Program-made: the position numbers and the translations under genes
Shown: positions 8,047 through 15,993 of the stretch, in pieces
Numbering within the stretch: position 1 is the stretch's first letter
Layout of the letters: every line of letters begins with the position of its first letter
The notes under the pieces: model-generated
What the model saw: the letters and a program-made list of their open reading frames with translations, nothing else
Database searches by the model: none
What the model was told of the DNA's origin: nothing
Assembly (NCBI GenBank): GCA_046704665.1
Contig: JBJKRJ010000048.1
Span: 28,829 to 92,828 of the forward strand
Length of the DNA: 64,000 nucleotides
Origin: Thermoplasmata archaeon
Lineage (GTDB): Archaea > Thermoplasmatota > Thermoplasmata > Lutacidiplasmatales > UBA184
Direction: 5' to 3'

Positions 8047-10083
8047 TCACCGAGCCCGGCGGCTCGCGCGTCTTCCCCGGCTCCGCAACCCGACTCCCTC
8101 CGCAATCGCGGTCCACCGGGGGTCCGCCCGGACCTTGCCGTACCACTGTTCCGAGTTGAAGTCGAAGACGTTGTGGGCGCGCTGACGGACCGCCTCGGCG
8201 AGGTGGTCGAACGCTTTCGCGGGTCGGCCGAGACCGAACTCGACCTTCGCCCAGCAGGCTTTCGAAAGGTACCCGCGCTTCGACCGTTCGTGGAGCAGGT
8301 CGAGGATCGCGATCGCCTCGTCGGTCCGGCCCTCGGAGCCGAGCACGAAACCGAGCTCGGCGAGGAACTCCGGTTCGTTCTCCGACAGCGCGACGCCCTT
8401 CCGGAGCTCCCGGAGCGCCGGATCCACGTGCGACTGGAGATACAGCGCGAACCCCAGATAGAGGTGGGCGGCGGCATAGTCGGGGTTCGCTTCGATGAGC
8501 CGGCGCAACTGTCGCTCGCCCTCCTCCAGCCTTCCGAGGGCGATCAGCGCCACGCCCATGTCGAGGTTGATGACCCGGGAGAGCGGGTCGAGTTCGTGGG
8601 CCGTCTGGATGTGCGAATAGGCCTCCTCCCGCCGCTCGGGGAACTGGATCAGGAAATGCACGCCGAACCACTGATGCACCGTCGCGTAGCTCGGCCCGAG
8701 CTCGATCGCGCGAAGGAACTCCTTCTCCGCCTCCGACCACTTCCAGCTGTAGTTGGTATACACGAGCGCCAGCGTGGCATGCGCTTCCGCGATCCGAGGA
8801 CGGAGCTCGATCGCTCGGCGGGCGAACCGTATCGCGAGCGGGAACGTTGCGTCCGGCTGTTCCCATCCGTAATCGCCGGCGATGACGTGGCAGTCCGCGA
8901 GTCCCGCGTAGGCGAGCGCGAACCCGGGGTCGAGCGCGGTCGCCTTTTCGAGGTAGGCTATCGCCCGGTCGTTGCCCGCCCGGGTCCGCTCGTTCCAGGC
9001 GTGTCGGCCCTTGAGGTACATGGCGTACGCTTCGACGTTGTCCGTGGCCGTCCGCTCGAGGTCGTCCCGTTCGATGGCGAGGAGACGCACCCGGAGCGCT
9101 TCCGCGACGCTGCGCGCGATCTCGGTCTGGATCGCGAACACGCTGTCCAATCGCTTGTCGAAGTCGCGGGACCAGAGGTACTCGTCGGTCCGGGCGTCGA
9201 CCAGCTGCGCGGTCACCCGGAGCGTGTCCGCCGCGATACGGACACTGCCTTCGAGCACGGCCCCCGCCCGCAGGTCCGCCGCGATCTCCGGGACGCTCTT
9301 CGTCGTGTCCTTGTAGCGCATCACCGAGGAGCGGGAGATCACCCGCAGCCCTCCGATCCGGGAGAGTGTCGAGATGAGCTCCTCGGTCATGCCGTCGGCG
9401 AGGTACTCATCCCCGGGGTTGGGGCTGATGTTGCGGAAGGGCAGCACGGCGATCCGGGTCCGGTCCCGGTCGACGGGGGGCGGCGTCCCCTTCTCCCAGG
9501 GAACCTCGACCCGGAACACCTCGATGGGAATACCGACGTTCTTCAGCTCCCGCTTGCCGAGGGTCGAGATCGGAAGTCGGAGCTTGTTGCGGACCTGTGT
9601 GTAGACCTGTTCGGAGACGCAGATCCCCTCGGGCTCGGCGAGCGGTTCGATGCGCGACGCGATGTTGACCGCATCGCCGAAGACGTCGCTCTTGTCGTGG
9701 AGGACGTCGCCCAGGTGGATGCCGATGCGCAGCCGGATCCTCCACTCCTCCGGGGACGAGAGGTTGTAGTCGTGGAGGAACTGCTGGACCTCGATCGCGC
9801 ACTCGGTCGCTTCGAGGGCGCTCTGGAACTCGACCAGGAACGAGTCGCCGATGGTCTTCACCTCCTTCCCCGCGTGCTTCGAGAAGATCGGCCTGAGGAG
9901 GCGGGCGTGGCGTTTGAGCACGGACATGGCCCGTGCCTCGTTCGCCTGGGTCAGCGCCGTGTAGCCGACCATGTCGGTGAACATGATGGCGGCGAGGCGG
10001 CGCGTCGGCGGCACGGTCCGGGGACTCAGGTTCTCTGAATTAAGCCCTCCGAATTCGCCCTCCGCGGCCGGAAAGAGGGGCAT
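8047..10083 (-). CDS. Class III adenylate/guanylate cyclase with C-terminal TPR repeats.
   Basis: Cyclase catalytic domain (RRLAAIMFTDMVGYTAL..TIGDSFLVEF..GIHLGDV) followed by TPR-like repeats. The track ORF extends to 10266 but would run through the tRNA. The first ATG downstream of the tRNA is 10083-10081, which shares one nucleotide with the tRNA 3' end. An alternative start is ATG 9984. Confidence 0.7.
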   Translation of the reverse strand: MPLFPAAEGEFGGLNSENLSPRTVPPTRRLAAIMFTDMVGYTALTQANEARAMSVLKRHARLLRPIFSKHAGKEVKTIGDSFLVEFQSALEATECAIEVQQFLHDYNLSSPEEWRIRLRIGIHLGDVLHDKSDVFGDAVNIASRIEPLAEPEGICVSEQVYTQVRNKLRLPISTLGKRELKNVGIPIEVFRVEVPWEKGTPPPVDRDRTRIAVLPFRNISPNPGDEYLADGMTEELISTLSRIGGLRVISRSSVMRYKDTTKSVPEIAADLRAGAVLEGSVRIAADTLRVTAQLVDARTDEYLWSRDFDKRLDSVFAIQTEIARSVAEALRVRLLAIERDDLERTATDNVEAYAMYLKGRHAWNERTRAGNDRAIAYLEKATALDPGFALAYAGLADCHVIAGDYGWEQPDATFPLAIRFARRAIELRPRIAEAHATLALVYTNYSWKWSEAEKEFLRAIELGPSYATVHQWFGVHFLIQFPERREEAYSHIQTAHELDPLSRVINLDMGVALIALGRLEEGERQLRRLIEANPDYAAAHLYLGFALYLQSHVDPALRELRKGVALSENEPEFLAELGFVLGSEGRTDEAIAILDLLHERSKRGYLSKACWAKVEFGLGRPAKAFDHLAEAVRQRAHNVFDFNSEQWYGKVRADPRWTAIAEGVGLRSRGRRASRRAR

Positions 10084-10181
10084 GCTCCCGGCGGGATTCG
10101 AACCCACGTCGGAGGGTATCCTCGGCGTCCGAAGGGCGCCTCGAAGGCCCTCTATCCTTGACCGGACTAGACTACGGGAGC
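10083..10181 (-). tRNA. tRNA with a ~24-nt intron in the anticodon loop. Best fit is tRNA-Glu(UUC); anticodon assignment is tentative.
   Basis: The reverse complement is GCUCCCG-UA-GUCUAGUCCGGUCAAGGAU-A-GAGGG-CCUUCG[AGGCGCCCUUCGGACGCCGAGGAU]A-CCCUC-CGAC-GUGGG-UUCGAAU-CCCGC-CGGGAGC-A. It has a perfect 7-bp acceptor stem and a T-arm with the GUUCGAAUC loop. The D-loop resembles archaeal tRNA-Glu/Gln. The 5-bp anticodon stem GAGGG/CCCUC is interrupted by an insert, as expected for an archaeal bulge-helix-bulge intron near position 37/38. No CCA is encoded. Confidence 0.7.
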
Positions 10182-10262
10182 ATGGGGCCGCCGGCCCGAG
10201 CAGTCGGTCCGAGGCTTGAAGTGTTGCCCCGGTCCCCGGCGGAGAACCCCCGAATCCCGAGG

Positions 10263-10997
10263 TCACTGCCCCCGGGGCCGCTCGAGGGCGTACGGCTGGT
10301 ACGGGTGACGCGGAATGTACTCGGCCCGTCGCTGGCCGGTGACCGCGTAGATCGTACGTTCGGCGATCTTGCAGGCGTTGTCCGCGATCCGCTCGAAGTG
10401 GCGCGCGACGAGCAGATCGCCCGAGAGCCGCTGGGCCGACATGGGGTCATGAACCATCTCCCGGATACAGACCCGGGTCGCCTGGCGGTGGAGGCGGTCC
10501 ACCTCGTCATCCCGCACGAACAGTTCCCGAGCGATCGCTTCGTCGGCCTTGGTGAGCGCCTCGAGCGCCCGGTGGACGATGACCTCGACCGCCCGGTCCA
10601 TGGTGTCGAGGAGCTCGGTGATTTCGGCCACGTCGGGGGCCTCCATCGGGGTCGTGATCCGGGCCATGTCGAACCCCAGGCGTCCCATCCGGTCGAGATG
10701 GGTTGTCACCTTGAGGAGGGCTGCGGCGGTGCGCAGGTCGCCGGCCTTCGGCTGCCGCAGGACGAGGAAGCTGATGACCTCGTGCTCGATGGCCTGGTCG
10801 TACTGGTCCAGCTGGGTGTCCCGGTCGAGCACCTTCTGTGCCAGATCGAGGTCGCCGGCCCGGAAGGCCCGCCAGCCATCGTGTACCATGCCGAGCGCCC
10901 ACTGCCCCATCTCCTCGGCCCGCTTCCTCAGCCGCCCGAGGTCGGCGTCGAGCCCTCGGCTCTCCTCGCTCTTCGGTGGGTCGTGTGCTTCCGTCAT
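10263..10997 (-). CDS. phoU: Phosphate transport system regulatory protein PhoU.
   Basis: Two PhoU repeats (..DQYDQAIEHEVISFL.. and ..RHFERIADNACKIAERTIYAVTG). Start ATG at 10997-10995, giving a 4-nt overlap with the pstB stop. The upstream part of the track ORF is a frame artefact. Confidence 0.85.
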   Translation of the reverse strand: MTEAHDPPKSEESRGLDADLGRLRKRAEEMGQWALGMVHDGWRAFRAGDLDLAQKVLDRDTQLDQYDQAIEHEVISFLVLRQPKAGDLRTAAALLKVTTHLDRMGRLGFDMARITTPMEAPDVAEITELLDTMDRAVEVIVHRALEALTKADEAIARELFVRDDEVDRLHRQATRVCIREMVHDPMSAQRLSGDLLVARHFERIADNACKIAERTIYAVTGQRRAEYIPRHPYQPYALERPRGQ

Positions 10998-11773
10998 CCG
11001 AATCTCCCGGTGATGTACTCCTGCGAAAGCCGTTCCCTGGGTCGCTCGAAGAACTCCTCCGTCGGGCCCTCTTCGATGAGCCGCCCCTGGTAGAGGAACG
11101 CGGTCCGGCCCGCGACCCGGGCCGCCTGCTGCAGATTGTGGGTCACGATAATGACGGCGAAATCGGCGCGGAGCTCGGTCAGGAGCTCCTCGACCCTCTG
11201 CGCCGCGATCGGGTCGAGCGCGCTCGTCGGCTCGTCGAGCAGCAGTACCCGCGGCTCGATGGCGATGGCCCGTGCGATGCACAGCCGCTGTTGCTGCCCG
11301 CCCGACAGCTCGAGCCCGGGGCGACGGAGGTTCCCCTCCAGTTCGTCCCAGAGGCCCGCCCGGCGCAACGAGGAGACCACGGTACGCTCGACCGTATCCT
11401 CGTCCGTGCGCAGTAGGCGTAGACCGAACGCCACGTTCTCGTAGATCGAAAGGGGAAAGACGGCCGGCCGCTGAAAGACCATGCCGATCCGCTGGCGGAC
11501 GAGCACCGGGTTCACCGCCGGCGAATAGATCTCCTGCCCCCGGTAGCGGACCGAGCCCTTCACGGTGAGGTTCCGGCTGGTCTCGACCATCCGGTTGAGG
11601 GTGCGGATGAGGGTGGTCTTGCCGCAGCCCGACGGCCCGATGATGCCGGTCACCTGCTTATCCGCAAAATCGAGCGAGATATCGGAAAGTATCACCCGGT
11701 CCGGGGCACGCACCGTGAGGTGCTCGACGCTCAGGACGGGCGGTTCGAGGCCGGACGATCCGTTGTTCATCAT
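10994..11773 (-). CDS. pstB: Phosphate ABC transporter ATP-binding protein PstB.
   Basis: Walker A GPSGCGKTT, signature LSGGQQQRLCIARA, Walker B LLLDEPTSALD. Start at the MM pair (ATG 11773) overlapping the pstA stop. Confidence 0.9.
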   Translation of the reverse strand: MMNNGSSGLEPPVLSVEHLTVRAPDRVILSDISLDFADKQVTGIIGPSGCGKTTLIRTLNRMVETSRNLTVKGSVRYRGQEIYSPAVNPVLVRQRIGMVFQRPAVFPLSIYENVAFGLRLLRTDEDTVERTVVSSLRRAGLWDELEGNLRRPGLELSGGQQQRLCIARAIAIEPRVLLLDEPTSALDPIAAQRVEELLTELRADFAVIIVTHNLQQAARVAGRTAFLYQGRLIEEGPTEEFFERPRERLSQEYITGRFG

Positions 11774-12690
11774 TCGTAGAGCCCCCGCAAGCGTCGCCGG
11801 TACCGATCGGAGAGGATCTGCACCGCAACATTCAGTGCGAGTATGATCACGAAGAGCAGGAACGCGGCCTGGAACGCGAGCGTGAGGAACGAGCCCAGGC
11901 TCTGCGGGAAGTCGTAGAAGCTCCAGATGGCCCCGGAAAGGAACGCGGTCTGGTCCAGCAGCCCGCTCACCGGGGTCGAGCTCCACCCGGCGGTGTAGAT
12001 CAAGAGCGAGGCCTCGCCGAAGCCCAGCGCCATCGCGAAGAAGACGCCGGTGAGGATCGTCGGGAGCGCGATGGGGAAGGCGATGCGCAACAGGTACTGG
12101 TGCCGTCGGCTCCCGACCGCCAGGGCGGCCTCACGCTGGGCGGCCGGGACCGAGCTGAGGGCGACATCCGTGGTCCGGTAGATGTAGGGCGTCATGAAGA
12201 TCCCAAGGGTGATCCCGCCGGCGAGCACCGTGTATCCCCAGCCCGTATACAGCACGAGCAAAAAGTAACCGAAGTAGCCGAGCACGATGGCCGGAACGCC
12301 GGCCAGCACATTGCCCGCGATGCGGGCGAGCCGGGCTACGCGCGGCGGGGCGTATTCGCTCGTGTAGAAACCCGCCACGAGTCCGATCGCCGAACCGAAG
12401 GCGGTCGCGAGCCCGATGAGGACGAAGGTGCCGATGATCATCGCATAGAGCCCTCCGCCGAACCCGACCTGGTTCTCCGTGAGGGTTCCGATCGAGAAGG
12501 TCGGCAGTGCCTTGGCCGAGATCCAGTAGACCATGTCGCCGAGCGGCACGAAGACCGCCGCGAACGCGAGAAGGAGCGCCCAGCCGATCACCCGGTCAAA
12601 GGCCAGACGTCGGCGGAGCCGACCGGAAGGGACCAGAAGCTCGTGGTCCGGGATCGGGGCCGGTGTCCCTCGCACGATGGCGGAGGTCAC
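11770..12690 (-). CDS. pstA: Phosphate ABC transporter permease PstA.
   Basis: 306-aa polytopic permease with the ABC transmembrane EAA-type loop. It lies in operon order and overlaps pstC by 4 nt. Confidence 0.85.
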   Translation of the reverse strand: MTSAIVRGTPAPIPDHELLVPSGRLRRRLAFDRVIGWALLLAFAAVFVPLGDMVYWISAKALPTFSIGTLTENQVGFGGGLYAMIIGTFVLIGLATAFGSAIGLVAGFYTSEYAPPRVARLARIAGNVLAGVPAIVLGYFGYFLLVLYTGWGYTVLAGGITLGIFMTPYIYRTTDVALSSVPAAQREAALAVGSRRHQYLLRIAFPIALPTILTGVFFAMALGFGEASLLIYTAGWSSTPVSGLLDQTAFLSGAIWSFYDFPQSLGSFLTLAFQAAFLLFVIILALNVAVQILSDRYRRRLRGLYE

Positions 12691-13709
12691 CGTCGCACCT
12701 CCCCCAGGGTCGTCGCGGTCGCAACCTCCGTGTGGGAGAGGATCTGGGCGAGGACATTGACCACGACGGTGATCACGAGGAGCACGAGGGCGATCTCGAC
12801 CAGGAACGTGAGAAGATCCGGCAGGACGAGCGCACTGTCGAGCTGATAGAAGATGAAGGCGGCCATGGTGGTCGACTGGGAGTACAGGCTTCCCGGGACC
12901 TTCGGCACTCCGCCGATGACCATCGCGACCGCGACGCTCTCGCCGATGGCGCGGCCGAATCCCAGAAGGATGGCGCTCCAGAGACCGAGGCGGGCGTAGC
13001 GCATACGCACCCGGCGCGTGACCTCCCAGCGCGTGCTCCCCAGCGCGAGCCCGGCGTCCACGAGTTCGCGGGGGACATTACTGAGGGCATCGCGCATGAG
13101 CGCGGTCGTGAGCGGAATGATCATGACCATCAGGAGGAACACGGCGAGGAGGATCCCCCAGGCACCGATCGCTGAGGTCGGGCCCCCGAATCCCGGTATC
13201 CAGAACAGCACGTCTCGCAGCGCGGGCTCGACGGTCAGCCCGAAATAGGGACCGACGATGACGAACCCCCAGATCCCGACGACGACGCTCGGGATCCCGG
13301 CGAGCAGGTTGGTGACGATCGTCAGGATGCGGCCCGGGAGAGAGGGGAGATACGCGACGATCGAGATCGAGATCGCGAGACTGAGGGCGGTCGCGAGGAT
13401 TAGGGAAAGGCCCGCCGTGAGCGCGCTGCCGAGGACGTAGGTCCCGATCCCCCAGCTCGAACCGGCGTAATCGTTGGGAATGAAGTTGTAGTAGATGCCC
13501 CAGAACGTGGCTCCAAAATTGTGCAGGTGGCTCGCATAGAGCAGGACCGCAGTGACCACGCCAATGAGGATGAGCGGGAGAAGCGCGATCGGGCTGGTCA
13601 CCCAGGCCCGCCAGTCCCGGCCGCTCGTCCCCTTGGGCGAGGGGGAAGGAGGGGGCGGAGGGACCGAATCCCCCGCCCCGGGAACGGGTTCGCCGTCGGC
13701 CGATTTCAC
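12687..13709 (-). CDS. pstC: Phosphate ABC transporter permease PstC.
   Basis: 340-aa permease paralogous to pstA, located directly downstream of pstS. Confidence 0.85.
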   Translation of the reverse strand: MKSADGEPVPGAGDSVPPPPPSPSPKGTSGRDWRAWVTSPIALLPLILIGVVTAVLLYASHLHNFGATFWGIYYNFIPNDYAGSSWGIGTYVLGSALTAGLSLILATALSLAISISIVAYLPSLPGRILTIVTNLLAGIPSVVVGIWGFVIVGPYFGLTVEPALRDVLFWIPGFGGPTSAIGAWGILLAVFLLMVMIIPLTTALMRDALSNVPRELVDAGLALGSTRWEVTRRVRMRYARLGLWSAILLGFGRAIGESVAVAMVIGGVPKVPGSLYSQSTTMAAFIFYQLDSALVLPDLLTFLVEIALVLLVITVVVNVLAQILSHTEVATATTLGEVRR

Positions 13710-13731
13710 AACGCCACCTTCGAGTTCGCTC

Positions 13732-14976
13732 CTAGGTCGAGCTCGTGGGCACGGAGCCCAGGGCCTGGATCGTGTACCCCACGACCTCCGCCGTCAGCGG
13801 GAGGAAGTGCGCGGACGCCGCGTACTTCGCCCCGTGCAGCAGCGCCCAGGTCAGGAACGTCACGACCCATGTCTGGTGGGACGCGCTGTGCGGGCTCGTC
13901 GAGATCAGGAGGTACTCGAGGTTGGTGTCCGGATACGGGTGCACGCCGGCGGGGGCGAGGGTCCCGCCATGCCCCAGCTGCAGGTTGGTCGCGCCCGGTA
14001 CGCCGCCGAGGATCAAGCTGATCGCGACGCTCGGTGGCTGGAGGTTCACCAGCGCAAGGTTCGCATCCGCACTGATGTTCTGGGGCGTGGGCAGGATGTA
14101 GTTCGCCTGACCGGCGCCGCTCGCGCTGACCGTCCCGTTGATGTTCGCGTTCTGGTCGCCGAGCGCCGCATACGGGAGGTTGTCGGCCTGCATCTGGGCG
14201 AGGTAGCTGATCCCGATGTACGCGATCCCGTAGGGGGTGTTGTGCAGTCCCGTGACCATGCCGGAGTTACCGGACTCACCCGTGCCGACCGGCCAGGTGA
14301 TCGTGGTCGCATAGCCCTGCTTCCATCCGGACCAGGACATGTAGCACAGCGACGTGAACAGGAACGTGTCGCCGCTGCCATCCTGCCGGTGGACCGTCTG
14401 GATCGTGTTCGACGGGAGGTTCACCCCGGGGTTTGCCGCCTGGATGAGCGGGTCGTTCCAGTGCGTGATCACGCCCTGGTAGATCATCGCAAGGACCGTC
14501 CCGTTCAGGTTGAGGTGGCCCGAGATCCCCGGAAGGTTGTAGGCGACGAGCTGCGAGGAGATCGCGATGGGCACGTTGATCAGGTGGTGGGCCGTCGCGT
14601 TGTCGGTAGTGAGGTAGCCGTCGGTCCCGCCCACATCCACGGTCCCCGCGATCGCGGAGCTGATACCCGTGCCGCTGCCCGTAGACGCCGGCGAAAGGTG
14701 CACGTTCGGATAGAGCGACGTGAAGTTCGGCGAGAGGATCTGGAGGTACGGAAAGATCAGGCTCGACCCCGTCTCCGTGATGGTGACGGACGACTTGGAC
14801 GCGCCCGCCCCATAATAGTCGCCGACGGCGAATCCGGCCCCGATCCCTACGAGCAAGAGGACGACGGCGATCGTGATGACGATGCCGGCCCCCAACATAC
14901 GTCGTCGGGACCCGCGGGGCGTTGGGCCCGTCAGGCGGTCGTTCGGCGTCGGTGGGCTCGCTCCGGAACTACTCAT
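13732..14976 (-). CDS. pstS: Phosphate-binding protein PstS (secreted or lipid-anchored).
   Basis: 414-aa ORF with an N-terminal membrane anchor and the PBP superfamily phosphate-binding fold. It is the first gene of the pst operon. Confidence 0.85.
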   Translation of the reverse strand: MSSSGASPPTPNDRLTGPTPRGSRRRMLGAGIVITIAVVLLLVGIGAGFAVGDYYGAGASKSSVTITETGSSLIFPYLQILSPNFTSLYPNVHLSPASTGSGTGISSAIAGTVDVGGTDGYLTTDNATAHHLINVPIAISSQLVAYNLPGISGHLNLNGTVLAMIYQGVITHWNDPLIQAANPGVNLPSNTIQTVHRQDGSGDTFLFTSLCYMSWSGWKQGYATTITWPVGTGESGNSGMVTGLHNTPYGIAYIGISYLAQMQADNLPYAALGDQNANINGTVSASGAGQANYILPTPQNISADANLALVNLQPPSVAISLILGGVPGATNLQLGHGGTLAPAGVHPYPDTNLEYLLISTSPHSASHQTWVVTFLTWALLHGAKYAASAHFLPLTAEVVGYTIQALGSVPTSST

Positions 14977-15039
14977 AGCGTGGTGTTCCTCCTGGGCCGA
15001 CTTGGGGGTCGGCGGTTTCGTTCATCGGGGGCGACGACT

Positions 15040-15116
15040 CGGGCGGATGATATATAGAAAGTCACTTTAGACTGTATAGTTGACAATAGGTAGATATTTG
15101 CGACAGACTGTCAACC
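15040..15116. promoter_or_regulatory. Divergent pstS / truA promoter region with TATA-like boxes and nested palindromes.
   Basis: AT-rich island in a 70% GC background. Contains TGATATATAGAAAG (15047-15060) and TAGATATTTG (15091-15100). A perfect inverted repeat GTTGACA (15079-15085) / TGTCAAC (15109-15115) flanks the 11-bp palindrome GACAGACTGTC (15102-15112). AGACTGT occurs as a direct repeat at 15068-15074 and 15105-15111. Confidence 0.6.
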
Positions 15117-15255
15117 GTGGAGACCGTAGTCCCGGTCGAGGCACAGCGGCTTAGGCCCGCGGCCGTTCGACGCGATCACGACGCGCTGGCTCGTTCGGTT
15201 CGGATACGATGGGGCCTCCTTCGCGGGGTGGGCCCGGCAGCCCGGCCTGCGAACG

Positions 15256-15990
15256 GTGGAGGGCGAGATCCACCGATACCTGGACCGCCATCCGCAGGTC
15301 GGCCTTCGTCGATCGGTCGAGGTCGCGAGCCGGACCGACCGGGGGGTCAGTGCGGTCGGTAACGCGCTCGCGGTCACCTCCGACCTCTCGGGACCGAAGC
15401 TCCTGGGTGCGCTCAACGGGATCGACCCCTCGATCTACGCCACGGCGGTCTCGGAGGTGCCGGTCCCGTTCCGGGTCCGAGGGGCCCGCCTCCGGGAGTA
15501 TCGGTACTTCGAACCCCGAGCCCTGCGGGATCCCGACCGAGTCCGAGCGGCCGCCCGCGCCTTCACGGGCCGGGTCGACGTGCGTTCCTTCGGCCGGGGG
15601 ATTCCATCCACCGTTCCGTCCGTGAGAGAGGTCGGGTCCGTCGTCGTCGAGGAGGACGGCGTCGGGACCCTCTATGTGGTCCGTGCGCCGTCCTTCGTCT
15701 GGGGGATGGTGCGCAAGATCGTCGGGGCGTTGCGAGAGATCGACGCCGGCCGGCTGACCCTCGGTCGTCTCACCGGGGCGATCTCGGGACGGGAGCGCCT
15801 GACCCTCCCGATGGCCGAGCCCGAGCCGCTCGTCCTCTGGGAGGTGCAGTACACCGTGCCCTGGCAGTATCGCTGGGACGGACCGAGCCGCCGTCAACGG
15901 TTCGCCTCTGAGCTCGCCCGTTCCCGGGCGGCCCTGCGCCAACGAGTGCTCGGCGCCCTCGCGGGCGAGTTCCCTCTCGGCCCGAGCTGA
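15256..15990 (+). CDS. truA: tRNA pseudouridine(38-40) synthase TruA-like; the N-terminus is unresolved.
   Basis: Contains ASRTDRGVSAVGNALAV (catalytic Asp motif) and SFVWGMVRKIVGAL. Family homology (RWLVRFGYDGASFAGWARQP) continues upstream in the same frame to about 15175. There is no ATG/GTG/TTG between the in-frame stop at 15127-15129 and 15256. Confidence 0.65.
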   Translation: MEGEIHRYLDRHPQVGLRRSVEVASRTDRGVSAVGNALAVTSDLSGPKLLGALNGIDPSIYATAVSEVPVPFRVRGARLREYRYFEPRALRDPDRVRAAARAFTGRVDVRSFGRGIPSTVPSVREVGSVVVEEDGVGTLYVVRAPSFVWGMVRKIVGALREIDAGRLTLGRLTGAISGRERLTLPMAEPEPLVLWEVQYTVPWQYRWDGPSRRQRFASELARSRAALRQRVLGALAGEFPLGPS

Positions 15991-15993
15991 GGA

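Noticed and set aside
6736-8159. ORFs 6736..7863(-) and 7164..8159(+) overlapping the MFS transporter.
   Set aside because: Only the 6582..7943 frame gives a hydrophobic, multi-helix protein. The others are charged low-complexity artefacts.
8173-10038. 621-aa plus-strand ORF opposite the adenylate cyclase.
   Set aside because: The translation is dominated by R/E/D/G/P with no motifs. The minus-strand frame has cyclase and TPR motifs.
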